DNA of 64,000 nt from Kofleriaceae bacterium (GTDB taxonomy: Bacteria; Myxococcota_A; Polyangia; Haliangiales; Haliangiaceae). The translations under genes and the position numbers were made by a program. The notes beneath the pieces were generated by a model, which saw nothing but the letters and a program-made list of their open reading frames with translations, made no database searches and was not told the DNA's origin. The stretch lies in contig DATBAS010000193.1 in assembly GCA_036271395.1 (NCBI GenBank), forward strand, positions 117,097 through 181,096, in the 5' to 3' direction. Positions 7,758 to 19,012 of this stretch are shown here, piece by piece; position 1 is the first letter of the stretch, and every line of letters begins with the position of its first letter.

Positions 7758-10700
7758 TCCGTCGAGCTTACACCGGTGTATTTTTCGGGGTGCGCGCGGC
7801 GATCCGCGCCGTAGCGTGCGGCTTGCGTCGTCGATGCCGCGTAGGCACCGTCGAAGAAGCCGCTCTCGTTCGGCGCGTCGTGCAGGCTGGACGCCTGGAC
7901 CCTCGCCTGGTCATCCGCCGGCAGCTTGCTCAAGTCGACCGCGCGGCTTGCGGCACCGGTGATGTCGATCGCCACGGACTTCGCGCCTGCGTGCGGGGTC
8001 ACCTCGACGCGGTACGCGATGTAGTGGCGATCGTCGTCGAACAGCGCCTTGAGCTCGACCTTGCCGCCGTTGCGCTCGGCGGCGTCGCACATCGCCGCGA
8101 TCGGCGCCGGCACGTCGTTGTAACGGCCGAGCGCCGAGATGTACGTATCGCCGACGAACGCTTTGTTGGCGCGCGCGTCCGGATCGTTCAGGTTCGCCGG
8201 GTCGATCGGCTTGACCGGCGTCGCATTGACATCGTAGCCGCCGGCCGCGTCCTTCTTCGGCCGGCCGAGCATGTAGCCATCCTCGAAGTGGAAGCGATTG
8301 TCCGCGGTCGCTTCGGGGGTCAAGCCGAAGCGCGCGCACAGATCCTTGCCGTGCTTTTGCACGACCCGGCGGAACTGATCGTTTTCGAGCAGGCCGGCCG
8401 GGGAGTCCTTGCCGACCATCGTGACATCGGCGCGCGGGTTCTTGTCGAGGATGATCTCGGCCGCGCTGATGCCGGTGCCGCCGGTGCCGCCGATCACGAC
8501 CTTGTTCATCTTCTGGATCTTCGCGTCTTCGAGCTGGTTGGCCTCGTCGCCCGTCAACAGGTGCTCGCGATCGTGCGCACGCAGGTTCGACCAGTTCTCG
8601 CCGGCTCCGAGCACGTCGAGCGCCGACTTCGCTCCTTTGGCGAGGTCCTCGTTCGCCAGGTTCGTCATCTGATCGCGCAGCGGTTGCGGAAGTGCGGCCA
8701 AGGCTCGCTGGGCATCGCCATCCGCTTGGCCGTGCATCGTCTTCAACACGCCGAGCGCGTGATCGGCTTCGCTCTTGATCGTCGCCGTCGCGGCCGGATC
8801 GGCTTTGACCGCGACGAGCGCTTTCTCGATGCCAAGCAGCGCTTGGCGCGGCGATGGTCCGCGAGCACCCGGCGCATTCTCGCGCGAGAAGCCGGTTGCC
8901 ATCGGCGGCACGCCGTCGACTTCGATCACGACCGGCGCGCTGCCGTCGTTCGGGGTGATCGTCGCGATCAGCGTGCCGTCGTCGCGCGCACCGAGCTCGG
9001 CGCGACCATCGATGAGGTCGCCCTGGATCGCGATCGAGTCCTGACAGAACTCGAGCGCCTTGACCGGCAAGCGGTTCTTGGCATCCGCGAACTCGTGCGG
9101 ATCGCCGATGCCGGCCGCCTTCATCGCCTCCATTTGCTGCGCGGTTTGCGCGACGGTCCCGCTCGCGTCTTTCGCCCAGCGCGCGTTCGCGTCGACCAGC
9201 AGCACGTTGGGATCGCGCGCCGACAGCGACGCGTTGCCACCGATCATCATCTTCCACTTCTTGTGGACGCCGTCTCGGATCATCTCGCGGATGTTCGCGA
9301 GCGTTTCCGCACTCTTCTTCACGCGCGCCGCACGTGCACCGTTGGCGAGCGTCGTGAGCTCGGCGGGCGTGACCACGTGATCGGCGCCCGTCGTCGGCAT
9401 CTTCGCGACGGTCGGGGCGTTCGCATCGCTGCGACCTTGCATGTCGAGCCGGTCCTGGTCGGCCCGGCTGCGCGTACGCTCGAGCTGCTGCTGATCGGTC
9501 GCCGACATCTCGGCTTCCGGAATGCGCGCCTTGTCGAGCGTCGCGGCCACCGACGGGTCACCAACCACCTGCTTGACGAGCTCGAAGCGTTCGTCCGCAT
9601 GCGGCGAGCCCTCGCGCAAGCCGAGCTCCTCGACCAGTGCCATCAGCTCGCTGCGAGCATGCGATGCGCCGGGCTCCTGGCCGGCCATGATGTCGTGCGC
9701 GAGCACGCCTAGCTCTGCGACGCGACCGCGGTCGTGTGGGCTGAGCTTGCCGGTGCCATCGCTGCCAGCACGCAAGACGTCGGCGCCGACCTTCTCGCCG
9801 GCGTCGAACAGCTCGCGGCGCGCCATGATTTCGGCGACCTCGTGCGCGACGGCTCGACGCACGTTCGCTTCTTCCATCTTGTCCGACAGCTGGATGACGT
9901 AACGACCCTCGATCGACTCGACGCCGCCCGCGACCGCGGTGCGTCCTTTCTTGCTCGGATTCAAGATCGATTGCGCGACCGTATCGACATTGAGCGGTAC
10001 GACGTCGACGCGAATCGTCAGCGCGGTGTCGCCCACTTTTACCAAGCGCGTGTTCTCGGCGATCGTCCGGACCTCGGGCTTCGCAGCGCGATCGACGCTT
10101 GCCTTCTCGACCGGACCGACCGACGCGAGCGCCTCGTCGAGCGCGGAGCGTCCCGTCGCGAGCACCGCGTCCGCGTGCGCCTTTTGCGCCTGCTTCGTCA
10201 TGTGCGACCAGCCCGGTTGGCTGTCGCCGAACTTCGATCCGGGCACGGCCGACGCCGTGACCTGGTAGCCACCGTCTTTTTCCTCGGCGACCTGCTTGGC
10301 GCCGGTCGCGGGCTTGGTCGAGGCTGGATCGGTCGGGCCGTGATCGGCCGGGTTGACGTGATCGCCGGGGTTGGGGTGATCGCCGCCGTTGCCGTGAGCG
10401 GCACCGGGCGTGCTCGGCGGCGTGACCTCGCCGGGTTTCGCGTTCGGCGTCGACGGATCGATCGTCGGATCGTGCGGCTCGGCCGGCGCCTTGCCCTGCG
10501 AGCGCTTGTAGGCGTCGATGATCTCCCCGCGATGTGCTTCGCCCGCGTTGTGGATCACCGAGCCGGCGACGGCCATCAACGCGTTCTGCGCGATCGCGTC
10601 CGTCATCTCCTGACCGATGCGATCGCTGACCACCTTCGCGCGCGCCATGACCTCTTGCTTCTTCGCCTCGATCTCGCTCGGCGGCTTGCCCGAGCTCTCG

Positions 10701-13700
10701 AGCGTCTGCAGCTCCTGGTACAGATCGGCGAGCGCGTCGACATCCTGCGATTGGAGCTGGCGCGCGGCCTGAACCGACTCGGCCGTCATCAGCACGGCTT
10801 GACCGCCCCAGTTCGCGGCCTCGAGTAGGAACCATCCCTTCGTGAACGCCTTGGCCTCGCCCGCCATCGGCAACACGTTGAGCGCGATCTCGCCGACCGA
10901 GCACGCCGCCTCGCCGAGCGTGAGCGTGCCGCGCTCCGAGTCCGTGCGCAGCCGATCGATCGCCGGGATCGAGTTGTATGCGATGAGCAGCGGCGCGACG
11001 ATGATCGCCGAGCCGGGCACGAACGCCATGATCGCCATCGCACCGAGGTTGGTGACGATGTTCGCGACCGGGCTCCACACCGTCTCTTTGAACCGCTTCC
11101 AGGTCGAGTCCGTGCCGAGCTGGAACCCGACCGTCTTGCCGTTGCCCTTGCCGATGGTCGGGCTGCCGTCCTGCATGCCCGTGTCGATCGACTCGGCCTC
11201 GATCGCGACGACACCTTTCGGGTACGCCTTGGCGAGGTCGACGAACGCGTCTTTCAGCGCTTCGTCGAACGTGTCGCCGTAGCCATGGGTCGTCGAGTCC
11301 TCGTTGTCGAATCGTCTCGACAGGTCGCGGAGCTGAACCGTGACCTTCTCTTGCGGCATGGCTCCGCCCTCGTCGTCACCCGATGACGGCTCGAAGTCGG
11401 TGTAGACCGAGCCGTAGAGCGTGAGCGCGCCGCTCGGAAGTCCGTCGGTGCGCGACAAATACGTGCCGCGAACCTGGAACGGCTGCCAGCCGTTCTTGCG
11501 GTCCTGCAAGAGCGCCTTGTCGGTGGCGTTCGACGCCTCGATCTGGCGATCGATCGCATCGAGCGCGTCTTGCGAGCCGCCGTTCGCCTTCAAGTACATC
11601 TTCGTCGCGAGCAGGCGCTTGCGGTAGTCGGCGCGAGTGGCCTCGCGTGGATCCGGCGTGTTGACATCGCTCGGCTTGAAGTCGGGTGGCAGCTCGCCGA
11701 CGGTCTTGAAGCCGTCGTCGTCATCGCCACTACCGACGATGCCGAACGTCTCCTTCGTCGTCTTCTCGTTCCGCGCCGCCATGTCGGTGAACGCTTCGCC
11801 GCGCAGGTCCTTCATCGCAGCAGCGGTCGACTTCACCTCGACGAGACGCGTGAAGTCCGCGGGCTCGAAGTACTGATCGAAGCTCGCGTGAACGGTGACG
11901 CGGAACGTGCCGGTGTCCTGACCTTCGGGCAGCACGAACGCGTGCTGGAGCTCGGCGATGTCGGTCTGGAGCACCGTGCCGCTCGTCGGAGCTGCACGCG
12001 TCGCTGCTCCAGGCGGAGGCGGTGGCGGCGTCGCCGGCAAGGCCGTCGGCATCGGCGCTGGAGTCGTCGGCGCTGGAGCTCGCGTCGTGCTCGGCGCGGG
12101 CGCAGCTGGCCCACCACCGCCGGTCGCCGGTGCACCACCACCTGCGGGCGCGGGCGCGCTCGATCCGCCGCTCGTCACGAGCTCGATGTGCCACTCGCAA
12201 TTGAGCAGCGTGACATCGCCTTGGTGACCCGGCGTGACGAACGGAACGCGCTCGTACTCATCGCTCGGGTAAAAGTTGGGCCACTTGACCTTGATCTCGA
12301 GCCATGCGGCGTGACCCGCCTCGACGACGTCGCGATCGATATCGAGGACGCCGGGAATCTTCTCGCCGTAGAAGTCTTTGAGCTTGAGCTTCGGCGTCGC
12401 GACCGGATCGCTCTTGTCTTTCTTGATGTCGCCACGCAACCAGCGCGAGTAGGCACTCTCGCCCGTGGTGTCCGGGTCGAAGAAGATCCGCTCGCCGAGC
12501 CGCTTGCCGATCTGCCACATCACGGCGCCGGAACCGACCTGTGCTTTCGCCTCGGCCGCGAGCTCCTGGAACCCTTGCAGCGCGCCGGGATCGGGCTTGA
12601 GCTCGGTCAGCGAGGCCATCGCTCGGATAATCTCGAGCCGCTGCGGATCGTCGAGCTCGATCACCGTTCCCGGCACGAGCGTTTGATCGGGCACGTACAG
12701 CGTGACGTCGACGGCGTCCTTGATCTGGCTTCGCGACGCGACCGGATGGGTGTCCGGCAAGCCCGTCCACTTGTAGGCACTCGCTTCGAGCTGCATCACC
12801 ACGATGTTGCCCTTGAGCTCGAAGGTCGCCTGTTGCGCCGCGACTTCGAGTCGATCCTTGTGAATCCAACCGAGCGCACCCAGCGCTTCGCGCGCACGAG
12901 ATACGGACATCCCGTGCTGGCCTTTGTCTACGAGCTTGAAATCATCGGCGGCACGGAGCCATGCCATGACCATCCAGAACTGCGCGGGCGCCTGCGCCGA
13001 GATGATCCTGTACGGCAAGTTGTTATCCGAGAACACCGGCCACTTCGAGCCCGGTGGAGTCACGGTGCCGTCGGCGGCATCGTCTTTCGCGCCGGGCGTC
13101 GTGGTCTTGCGCTGCACCGCCGCGCCGCCGCCGGTGCCGGCGTGCTCGTCGAGCAACGGCGCCGCTGACCTGCCGGCGACGACCGCATCGGCAACCGCGT
13201 CGGCGTGCTGCTCGTGTGGATCGCCCCCGCCGCCGTCGATGCCGCCCTTGAGCGATACGCCGCTGCGCTGCTGGACGACGTGCGCCGCTTCGTGCGCCGC
13301 CGTGTGTAAATCGGGCGCGCCACCGGCGAACGCGACGTCGTCGCCGGTCGCGTAGGCCTTCGCGCCGAGTTGCTGCGCCGACGCGTCGACACCGCCGCCG
13401 ACGTGCGCGCGAACGTTCGAGACATCGTGATGGCCGAACGCGGCTTGGATCTTGTCGCCGTGCGGCATCGCGCCGCCCGCGCCGAGACCAGCTTGCGCGA
13501 CCGCGGACGGATCGCCGGCGGTCGAGGCTCCATCGGCTTTGCGCTGCACCGGCGGTGCCGCCGATGCGACTTGGATCGGCGCCGCGACGTCGTTCCACGC
13601 CGTCGTCATCGTAGGCAGCGACTTGTCGATCGCCTGGTTCGTGACACCGTCGCCGACCTGGTTCGCGCCGTCGAGCATCCGGCTCTTCAGCGTGCGCTTG

Positions 13701-16700
13701 CCGTCGCGGATGCCGGCGTACGTGCGCTCGAACAGATCATCGAGCGCCTGCTCGGTATGCGAGAACGCGTCCTGGAGATGATCGGCGCTCTGGATGATCG
13801 TGTCGGCGATCTTCTGCGCGCTGCTCGGATCGATCGACATGTTCGAGAACCCGTCCATGTCGGTCTTCGTGTGCTGCGCGACCGTCTTGAACTCGTCGAC
13901 GATCTGCTTCGACGCCTTCTTCGCCGGTCCCTGTAGATCGACGCCTTGCGCGTCCTTGCCGGTGTGGTTCGTCAGCGCGAGCTTGAGCTGGTTGTGATAA
14001 TCGTCGGCGCGCGACTCGAGTTGCCCCGTCATCGAGTCGCCCTGACCGGCGACGTACTGCGATGCCGAGTGGACCGCGGCGGTGTCGCCGCTATCGTTGG
14101 TCGCGACCTCGGGCTCGGGCTGGGGCTGCGGCGCCGGCGCTTGCGGCTGCGGCGTCGTCGCCGATGCGGTCATCGCAGCCATCGCGACGGCCGCGACGCC
14201 ACCACCGCCCGCGGCGGCGGTCGTGCCGGCCGCACTCGCGCGCGCGTCGCGCTGCGTTTCGGCGGCCGCGTCGGCCTTTTGCTTCGCCTGCGCCGCCGCG
14301 ACTTCGGCGTGCAATTGCGCCAAGAAGGTCTGCGCGAACGCTTTCTCCTCGGCGAGCTGCTGCTCGAACGTCGCGATGTCGGCCATGAAGTTATCGGCGT
14401 CGGTGATGTTGCGATCGCACTCGCCGATCGCGTCGGCGGCGCCCTGCGCTTCCTTGGTCGCGTCGGCACCGAGCTTGATCGCGGTTTGATTCGCCTGGCC
14501 CGCGGTCTGCGCGCCGCCCTGCGCGACGCCGTGCGCCGCCGCTTGCTGGCGCTTGAGCGCGCCGGCGTAGTCGCGCATGTCGCCCATCGACACGCCGCAC
14601 AGCCCTTTGAGCACGACCGACGCGATCTTCTCCTGGATCCAGCCGAACACCTGGGCCGCTTTGTCTTTGGCCCAGCGCTTCACCGCGCCGAGCACTCGGC
14701 CCCAGAACCCGCGGTCCTCGGGCTCGGGCAGCTCGGTCGCCGCCTTTTGATTCGCGGCACCGCGCGCTTCACCTTGCTTGCTCTCGCCTTGGCCGGCGTG
14801 CGATTCCGACGCGCCCGCGCTCGCGACGTTTTGCTGCGTGCTCTGGATCGTCGCGCCGGTCGCTTGTTGATGCGCTTGCGCCGCCGCGGCGCGCAGCTTC
14901 GCGTACTCCTGATAGCGGCCGTACACGGCGAGCGTGTCGACGGCCTTCTGCTTGCCCTCGATCTGCGCCTTCTTGAACTCGACGCCGACCTTGCGCATCC
15001 AGCCGAAGTCGGACTGCGCGTGATCGAAGTCCGGCATCATCGCCGGCCAATACGGCAACGGCTGCGCGGCCGACTCTTCCATCGCCGCCATCGCGACGCT
15101 CGCGACGGTGGGCGCCGGCGCGTCGGGCTCCGGGCCCGCTGCGGCGACGCCGGGTGCGCCGGGTGCCACCTGCGGCGTGATCGCCATCGTCTCGCTGACC
15201 ACGGGTGGCGCGACCGCCGTCGGGCCTGGCGCCGGCGTCGGCGCCGACGTCGTCGGGGCCGGTGCGTTCTGCGGCGGCGCGCTGACCGGACGCGGCTTCG
15301 CCGTGATCGGCGACAACATGCTGCGCACGCTCGAGCCGACGCCCTGCGGCCGCTTGCTCGTTCGCACGAAGTTCGCGAAGTCGGCCATCTGCGCCTGTTG
15401 CGCCGTCGCCGCGATGTCGGAGTACGTGCCGTGACCGCCGCGGCTCGCCGCGTTGCCCGCGGCCTTGCCCTTGTCGTACTTGACCGTCTTCTTGAGGTTG
15501 CCCTTTTCGGCCGCCTGCCACGCCGTCGGGCCGTCTTTGAGCCCGGCGAGCTCGAGCGCTGGCTGCGCCGCGCTCCACACGTTCGAGCCGACATCGCCCC
15601 AGTTCTTGTAGTCGGGATGGCGCACGGCTTCGCCGCCCGCGGCGATCGCCGCGACATCCTTCTCGTGGACCGCGTTGAGCCGGCGCGCTTCGTCGAGCGG
15701 CTTGAGCTGGCTGTTGAGCGCGGCGAGCTTGGTGTCGTCTTCGGCGCTGCGCGATGCCTTCGCGAGCAGGTCGGCGCGCTCGGAGTCTTGCGCTTTGAAG
15801 TCGCCCTCGAGCTGGAACCGCTTCGCGCGCGAGCCGTGCAGCGTGTCCATCTGCATGTCACGCGCGTTCTTGCCGGTGAACGAGTTGGTCTCGTTCGAGA
15901 AGTATTCGTCGCGGTGGCGCTCGAACCGCGTCTTCTTCATCTCCTCGATGCGCGCGTCGGTCGCGGCCTTCGCCTCTTTCGCTTCGAAGTCGGTGGTGGC
16001 GTCGGCACGCACGGCCGCGCCGCGCGACGCGACGAACTTCTGCTCGGTCGCATCGCTGCGGATCTCGTCGGGGTTGGTCTTGCCGCGCTTGTCGAGGTAG
16101 TTCTGCCACCGCGTCTCTTCGAGGTGCGCGGCGTCGTTCGCCTGCACTTGCATCGCGAGCCGGCGCGTCTCGAGCTCGGATTGATCCGCCGCGGCGGTCA
16201 TCCGCTGCGCGAACTTGGTGTCGCTGCCGGCGTTGCCGACGGCCGAGCCGGCGCGCTTGCCGAGATCGCCGACTTTCTCTTCGAGATCGAACTTGCTCGC
16301 GACCGAGCCGCTCCATGCGCCGACGCGATCGAGCCCGCGCGCGAACGCGGTGTCGCCGTAGCGCGACATCAGCTTGGTCTGCATCGCTTCGAGGTGCTCG
16401 GGCGCGGCATTCCACGCCTTGCCGACGCGGCTCTCGCTGATCGCGGTCTTCGTGCGCGCGATCATGCCGGTGTCTTTCCACGCACCGCCGACGCGGTCCA
16501 TCGCGGCACCGCCGAAGCCGAGCTTGCGCACGATCTTGTTCGCGAACAGCTTCAGATCACCGCTCGCCTTGATCGAGACCCGGCCGATCGTCGCTTTCGC
16601 GCGGCGCATCAGCGCGCCGACTACGCCCTTGCTCGAGCTCATCAGCCCCGACATGAACTTCGGCCCGAAGATCATCGCCATGTTGACGAAGCCCGAGGCC

Positions 16701-17776
16701 GCATCGTTCGCCTCCGACATCATCAAGTCGGCGGTCGCGGCTTTCTCTTCCGCCGACGAGCCCGCCGCGATCTGCTGCGCGAGCACGACGCCGTTGAGCC
16801 CGGTGAGAATTCCGGATAGCGCGAACGCGACGGCCTCGCAGATGATGCCGACGACGTTCAGGATCCGCGCGATGCCCGAGACCGCCACGCCGATCGGCGG
16901 AAAGATCATGCCGAGCAGGCCGATCACGGTGAGGACGATGCCGAGCTTGCCGCAGATGTTGCCGACGACGCCGCAGACGTTCTTGACGGCCGACAAGCCC
17001 GTCATGATGCCGCCGAGGATGCCGTGGACTTTGCGATACGGGTTGTTCGCCCACACCGCACCGGCTTCTTTGCCGGCGCCGAGGAAGTTCGCGGTTGCCG
17101 CGACACCGCGCTCGACGGCGCCGCCCTGCGCGACGTAGACGTCGAGCTGGCCGTTGAAGCCCTGCGCGATGTCGCCCATCTGCTTGATGCGGCCGAGCGT
17201 CTGCGTGGTTTGCGCCGCTTTCGGCGTGTACGCGTTGAGGATCCCATCGAGCTGCGAGTCGCCGCCCGCCGTCGCGACCGCGGCTGCGATCGTCGGCGCG
17301 GGCGCGGCCGCGGGTGCCGCCGGCGCGGCCGATTTCGCCGCGGGCGTCGCCGGTAGCGGCGCGTGTTGCGCGGGCGTGCCGCCGGTCGCGGGCTGCGGCG
17401 TGGTCGGTCCGGCGTGCGCGGCGATCGTCGGCTGCGCGACCTGCGGATGTGCGACCGGACCCGGCGTCGGTGCTGCGCCTTCTTCTTTGGGCGCCTTCGA
17501 CTGGTTTTGCGCGACGAGGTTCTTCTGCTCCTCGACCTTGCCTTGAACCTGGCTTTTTTCGTCGGCCGCGCGCGAATCGACCTCGCCGAGCATGCTCTGT
17601 AGCCAGCCCATCGGGCTGTTCTTGATCGCGTCTTCAACCCGCGAGATGGTCGCGGCGTCGCCGCCACCGTCGGCTTGCGTGACCGCGGCGTGCTTCGCGA
17701 TCGCGGCCTGCGCGTTCGCGGCCCCATGCGCAGCTCCGGCGCCTGCTCCAGCTCCACCAGCGGGTGCTTCAGCCAT
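7754..17776 (-). CDS. Giant mosaic protein (3,340 aa) with internal DUF4157-type module, two hydrophobic glycine-zipper modules, coiled-coil/PT-rich linkers and Rossmann-like C-terminal domain; putative polymorphic toxin/effector
   Basis: Single uninterrupted GC3-rich ORF. DUF4157-like segment [35 protein letters not shown]...[11 protein letters not shown] at about nt 13108-13550. Hydrophobic modules at about 16760-17030 and 10780-11080. [19 protein letters not shown] at about 8470-8510. Confidence 0.9.
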   Translation of the reverse strand: MAEAPAGGAGAGAGAAHGAANAQAAIAKHAAVTQADGGGDAATISRVEDAIKNSPMGWLQSMLGEVDSRAADEKSQVQGKVEEQKNLVAQNQSKAPKEEGAAPTPGPVAHPQVAQPTIAAHAGPTTPQPATGGTPAQHAPLPATPAAKSAAPAAPAAAPAPTIAAAVATAGGDSQLDGILNAYTPKAAQTTQTLGRIKQMGDIAQGFNGQLDVYVAQGGAVERGVAATANFLGAGKEAGAVWANNPYRKVHGILGGIMTGLSAVKNVCGVVGNICGKLGIVLTVIGLLGMIFPPIGVAVSGIARILNVVGIICEAVAFALSGILTGLNGVVLAQQIAAGSSAEEKAATADLMMSEANDAASGFVNMAMIFGPKFMSGLMSSSKGVVGALMRRAKATIGRVSIKASGDLKLFANKIVRKLGFGGAAMDRVGGAWKDTGMIARTKTAISESRVGKAWNAAPEHLEAMQTKLMSRYGDTAFARGLDRVGAWSGSVASKFDLEEKVGDLGKRAGSAVGNAGSDTKFAQRMTAAADQSELETRRLAMQVQANDAAHLEETRWQNYLDKRGKTNPDEIRSDATEQKFVASRGAAVRADATTDFEAKEAKAATDARIEEMKKTRFERHRDEYFSNETNSFTGKNARDMQMDTLHGSRAKRFQLEGDFKAQDSERADLLAKASRSAEDDTKLAALNSQLKPLDEARRLNAVHEKDVAAIAAGGEAVRHPDYKNWGDVGSNVWSAAQPALELAGLKDGPTAWQAAEKGNLKKTVKYDKGKAAGNAASRGGHGTYSDIAATAQQAQMADFANFVRTSKRPQGVGSSVRSMLSPITAKPRPVSAPPQNAPAPTTSAPTPAPGPTAVAPPVVSETMAITPQVAPGAPGVAAAGPEPDAPAPTVASVAMAAMEESAAQPLPYWPAMMPDFDHAQSDFGWMRKVGVEFKKAQIEGKQKAVDTLAVYGRYQEYAKLRAAAAQAHQQATGATIQSTQQNVASAGASESHAGQGESKQGEARGAANQKAATELPEPEDRGFWGRVLGAVKRWAKDKAAQVFGWIQEKIASVVLKGLCGVSMGDMRDYAGALKRQQAAAHGVAQGGAQTAGQANQTAIKLGADATKEAQGAADAIGECDRNITDADNFMADIATFEQQLAEEKAFAQTFLAQLHAEVAAAQAKQKADAAAETQRDARASAAGTTAAAGGGGVAAVAMAAMTASATTPQPQAPAPQPQPEPEVATNDSGDTAAVHSASQYVAGQGDSMTGQLESRADDYHNQLKLALTNHTGKDAQGVDLQGPAKKASKQIVDEFKTVAQHTKTDMDGFSNMSIDPSSAQKIADTIIQSADHLQDAFSHTEQALDDLFERTYAGIRDGKRTLKSRMLDGANQVGDGVTNQAIDKSLPTMTTAWNDVAAPIQVASAAPPVQRKADGASTAGDPSAVAQAGLGAGGAMPHGDKIQAAFGHHDVSNVRAHVGGGVDASAQQLGAKAYATGDDVAFAGGAPDLHTAAHEAAHVVQQRSGVSLKGGIDGGGGDPHEQHADAVADAVVAGRSAAPLLDEHAGTGGGAAVQRKTTTPGAKDDAADGTVTPPGSKWPVFSDNNLPYRIISAQAPAQFWMVMAWLRAADDFKLVDKGQHGMSVSRAREALGALGWIHKDRLEVAAQQATFELKGNIVVMQLEASAYKWTGLPDTHPVASRSQIKDAVDVTLYVPDQTLVPGTVIELDDPQRLEIIRAMASLTELKPDPGALQGFQELAAEAKAQVGSGAVMWQIGKRLGERIFFDPDTTGESAYSRWLRGDIKKDKSDPVATPKLKLKDFYGEKIPGVLDIDRDVVEAGHAAWLEIKVKWPNFYPSDEYERVPFVTPGHQGDVTLLNCEWHIELVTSGGSSAPAPAGGGAPATGGGGPAAPAPSTTRAPAPTTPAPMPTALPATPPPPPPGAATRAAPTSGTVLQTDIAELQHAFVLPEGQDTGTFRVTVHASFDQYFEPADFTRLVEVKSTAAAMKDLRGEAFTDMAARNEKTTKETFGIVGSGDDDDGFKTVGELPPDFKPSDVNTPDPREATRADYRKRLLATKMYLKANGGSQDALDAIDRQIEASNATDKALLQDRKNGWQPFQVRGTYLSRTDGLPSGALTLYGSVYTDFEPSSGDDEGGAMPQEKVTVQLRDLSRRFDNEDSTTHGYGDTFDEALKDAFVDLAKAYPKGVVAIEAESIDTGMQDGSPTIGKGNGKTVGFQLGTDSTWKRFKETVWSPVANIVTNLGAMAIMAFVPGSAIIVAPLLIAYNSIPAIDRLRTDSERGTLTLGEAACSVGEIALNVLPMAGEAKAFTKGWFLLEAANWGGQAVLMTAESVQAARQLQSQDVDALADLYQELQTLESSGKPPSEIEAKKQEVMARAKVVSDRIGQEMTDAIAQNALMAVAGSVIHNAGEAHRGEIIDAYKRSQGKAPAEPHDPTIDPSTPNAKPGEVTPPSTPGAAHGNGGDHPNPGDHVNPADHGPTDPASTKPATGAKQVAEEKDGGYQVTASAVPGSKFGDSQPGWSHMTKQAQKAHADAVLATGRSALDEALASVGPVEKASVDRAAKPEVRTIAENTRLVKVGDTALTIRVDVVPLNVDTVAQSILNPSKKGRTAVAGGVESIEGRYVIQLSDKMEEANVRRAVAHEVAEIMARRELFDAGEKVGADVLRAGSDGTGKLSPHDRGRVAELGVLAHDIMAGQEPGASHARSELMALVEELGLREGSPHADERFELVKQVVGDPSVAATLDKARIPEAEMSATDQQQLERTRSRADQDRLDMQGRSDANAPTVAKMPTTGADHVVTPAELTTLANGARAARVKKSAETLANIREMIRDGVHKKWKMMIGGNASLSARDPNVLLVDANARWAKDASGTVAQTAQQMEAMKAAGIGDPHEFADAKNRLPVKALEFCQDSIAIQGDLIDGRAELGARDDGTLIATITPNDGSAPVVIEVDGVPPMATGFSRENAPGARGPSPRQALLGIEKALVAVKADPAATATIKSEADHALGVLKTMHGQADGDAQRALAALPQPLRDQMTNLANEDLAKGAKSALDVLGAGENWSNLRAHDREHLLTGDEANQLEDAKIQKMNKVVIGGTGGTGISAAEIILDKNPRADVTMVGKDSPAGLLENDQFRRVVQKHGKDLCARFGLTPEATADNRFHFEDGYMLGRPKKDAAGGYDVNATPVKPIDPANLNDPDARANKAFVGDTYISALGRYNDVPAPIAAMCDAAERNGGKVELKALFDDDRHYIAYRVEVTPHAGAKSVAIDITGAASRAVDLSKLPADDQARVQASSLHDAPNESGFFDGAYAASTTQAARYGADRRAHPEKYTGVSSTE

Positions 17777-17842
17777 ACGCCCATCATACGGAAATCGCAG
17801 GGACTAGCTCCCCGGCCACCGCGTGCTTTAAAGCGGAGCTAG

Positions 17843-19012
17843 CTAGCTGGGATTCCTGGTCTTTTCGTGTGCGATCTGATCGGCCAGGCGGTTCGCGTGC
17901 TCGACGTCGCGCGCGATCGCGGAAAGGCGGTCCGGGCCGATGCGATCGCGAAGGCGCGAGAGCAGCGGCCGGAATCGTTCGCCGACATCGCCGCCCGTCG
18001 CATCGGCGAGCGCGCGATGCGCCTCGACGATCGTGCGAAACGCCGACACGTGATCGCCGGAGCGCGCGTAGAGCTCGGCCATGATCCCGACGGATGCCAC
18101 GTACTGCGCGACGTCGTGACGCTCCGCGGCCTGTCGCGCGAGCTCGAGCACGCGATCGATCGCGTGGGCGGTCTTGCCGCCGCTCGCGAGCACGCCGGCT
18201 TCCGCGATCAGCGCGGCCGCGTGGAGCTCGGCGAGCTCGTGCTGCTTCGCGAGCTCGAGCGCGCGTGTCACGGTGGCCGCGGCCTCGTCGCGTGCGATCG
18301 CATCGGCCGTCGCCACGAGCGCGCCGGCGAGCGCGAGCCGCGCTTCGATCTCGTCGGCGGGCGAGCCGGCGTCTCGCGCGATCGGCACCGCGGCTCGCAG
18401 CGAGCGCGCGGCGCGCACCGGCTCGCCGATCGACAGCGCGAACGCGGCGAGCAACTGGTGGCCGGCGAACGCGACGTCGGGCTCGACGACGCCGGTCACG
18501 ACCTGCGCGACCGCGTCGAACGCGACGGCGTCGGGCGGATCGTCGTGCAGCGCGAGCTCGGCGATCGCGAGCGCGACCTCGACGGTGACGACGTCCCAAC
18601 CGTCGCCGGTCCCGAACGCCGGCAACCGCGCCGCCGCTTGCACGAGCGTCGCGCTCGCCAGCGCACGCGGCTCGGGGCCGCGCCGGATCGCGATGCGGCA
18701 CGCGCGCACGCCGGCCAAGAATCGCAGCACGGTGTCGTCCGGGGCGTGACGGCCGACCGCTTCGAGCGCCTGATCGGCGCCTTCGTAGTCGCCTTCGGTC
18801 ATCTTCACGCTCGCGAGCCGCAGCAGCAGGCGCGCGCGCAGGATCGCGTGCTCGGCGGTTTCGAGCAGCGGCGCGGCGGCGTCGATCGCTGCGCGCACGG
18901 CGTCGGCGCGATGACCGAGCAGCGGCTCGCGCTCGGCGCGCTCGACGGCGATGCGAGCATCGTCCATGGCCGACAACGTATCATCGTATGCTAGGGGCGT
19001 GAGCGAGGCCAC
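17843..19012 (-). CDS. All-alpha (TPR-like) Ala/Leu/Arg-rich protein; start ambiguous (GTG 19012 or ATG 18967)
   Basis: 389-aa ORF 66 nt upstream of the giant gene on the same strand. TPR-like G-Y/A patterns (MTEGDYEGADQALEAV). The ATG at 18965-18967 (MDDARIAV...) would remove the overlap with the divergent gene. Confidence 0.6.
   Translation of the reverse strand: MASLTPLAYDDTLSAMDDARIAVERAEREPLLGHRADAVRAAIDAAAPLLETAEHAILRARLLLRLASVKMTEGDYEGADQALEAVGRHAPDDTVLRFLAGVRACRIAIRRGPEPRALASATLVQAAARLPAFGTGDGWDVVTVEVALAIAELALHDDPPDAVAFDAVAQVVTGVVEPDVAFAGHQLLAAFALSIGEPVRAARSLRAAVPIARDAGSPADEIEARLALAGALVATADAIARDEAAATVTRALELAKQHELAELHAAALIAEAGVLASGGKTAHAIDRVLELARQAAERHDVAQYVASVGIMAELYARSGDHVSAFRTIVEAHRALADATGGDVGERFRPLLSRLRDRIGPDRLSAIARDVEHANRLADQIAHEKTRNPS

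Noticed and set aside
9820-9855. [12 protein letters not shown] in the giant protein as a second zincin (HExxH) active site.
   Set aside because: The motif is HEVAE, lacking the second His, and I saw no downstream third-ligand motif. It is left as an unknown domain.
17777-17842. Sigma-54-type promoter (TGGCAC-N5-TTGC) upstream of the giant gene at TGGCCGGGGAGCT (minus strand).
   Set aside because: The spacing between the GG and GC elements is wrong by about 3 nt, and the -12 element is poor.
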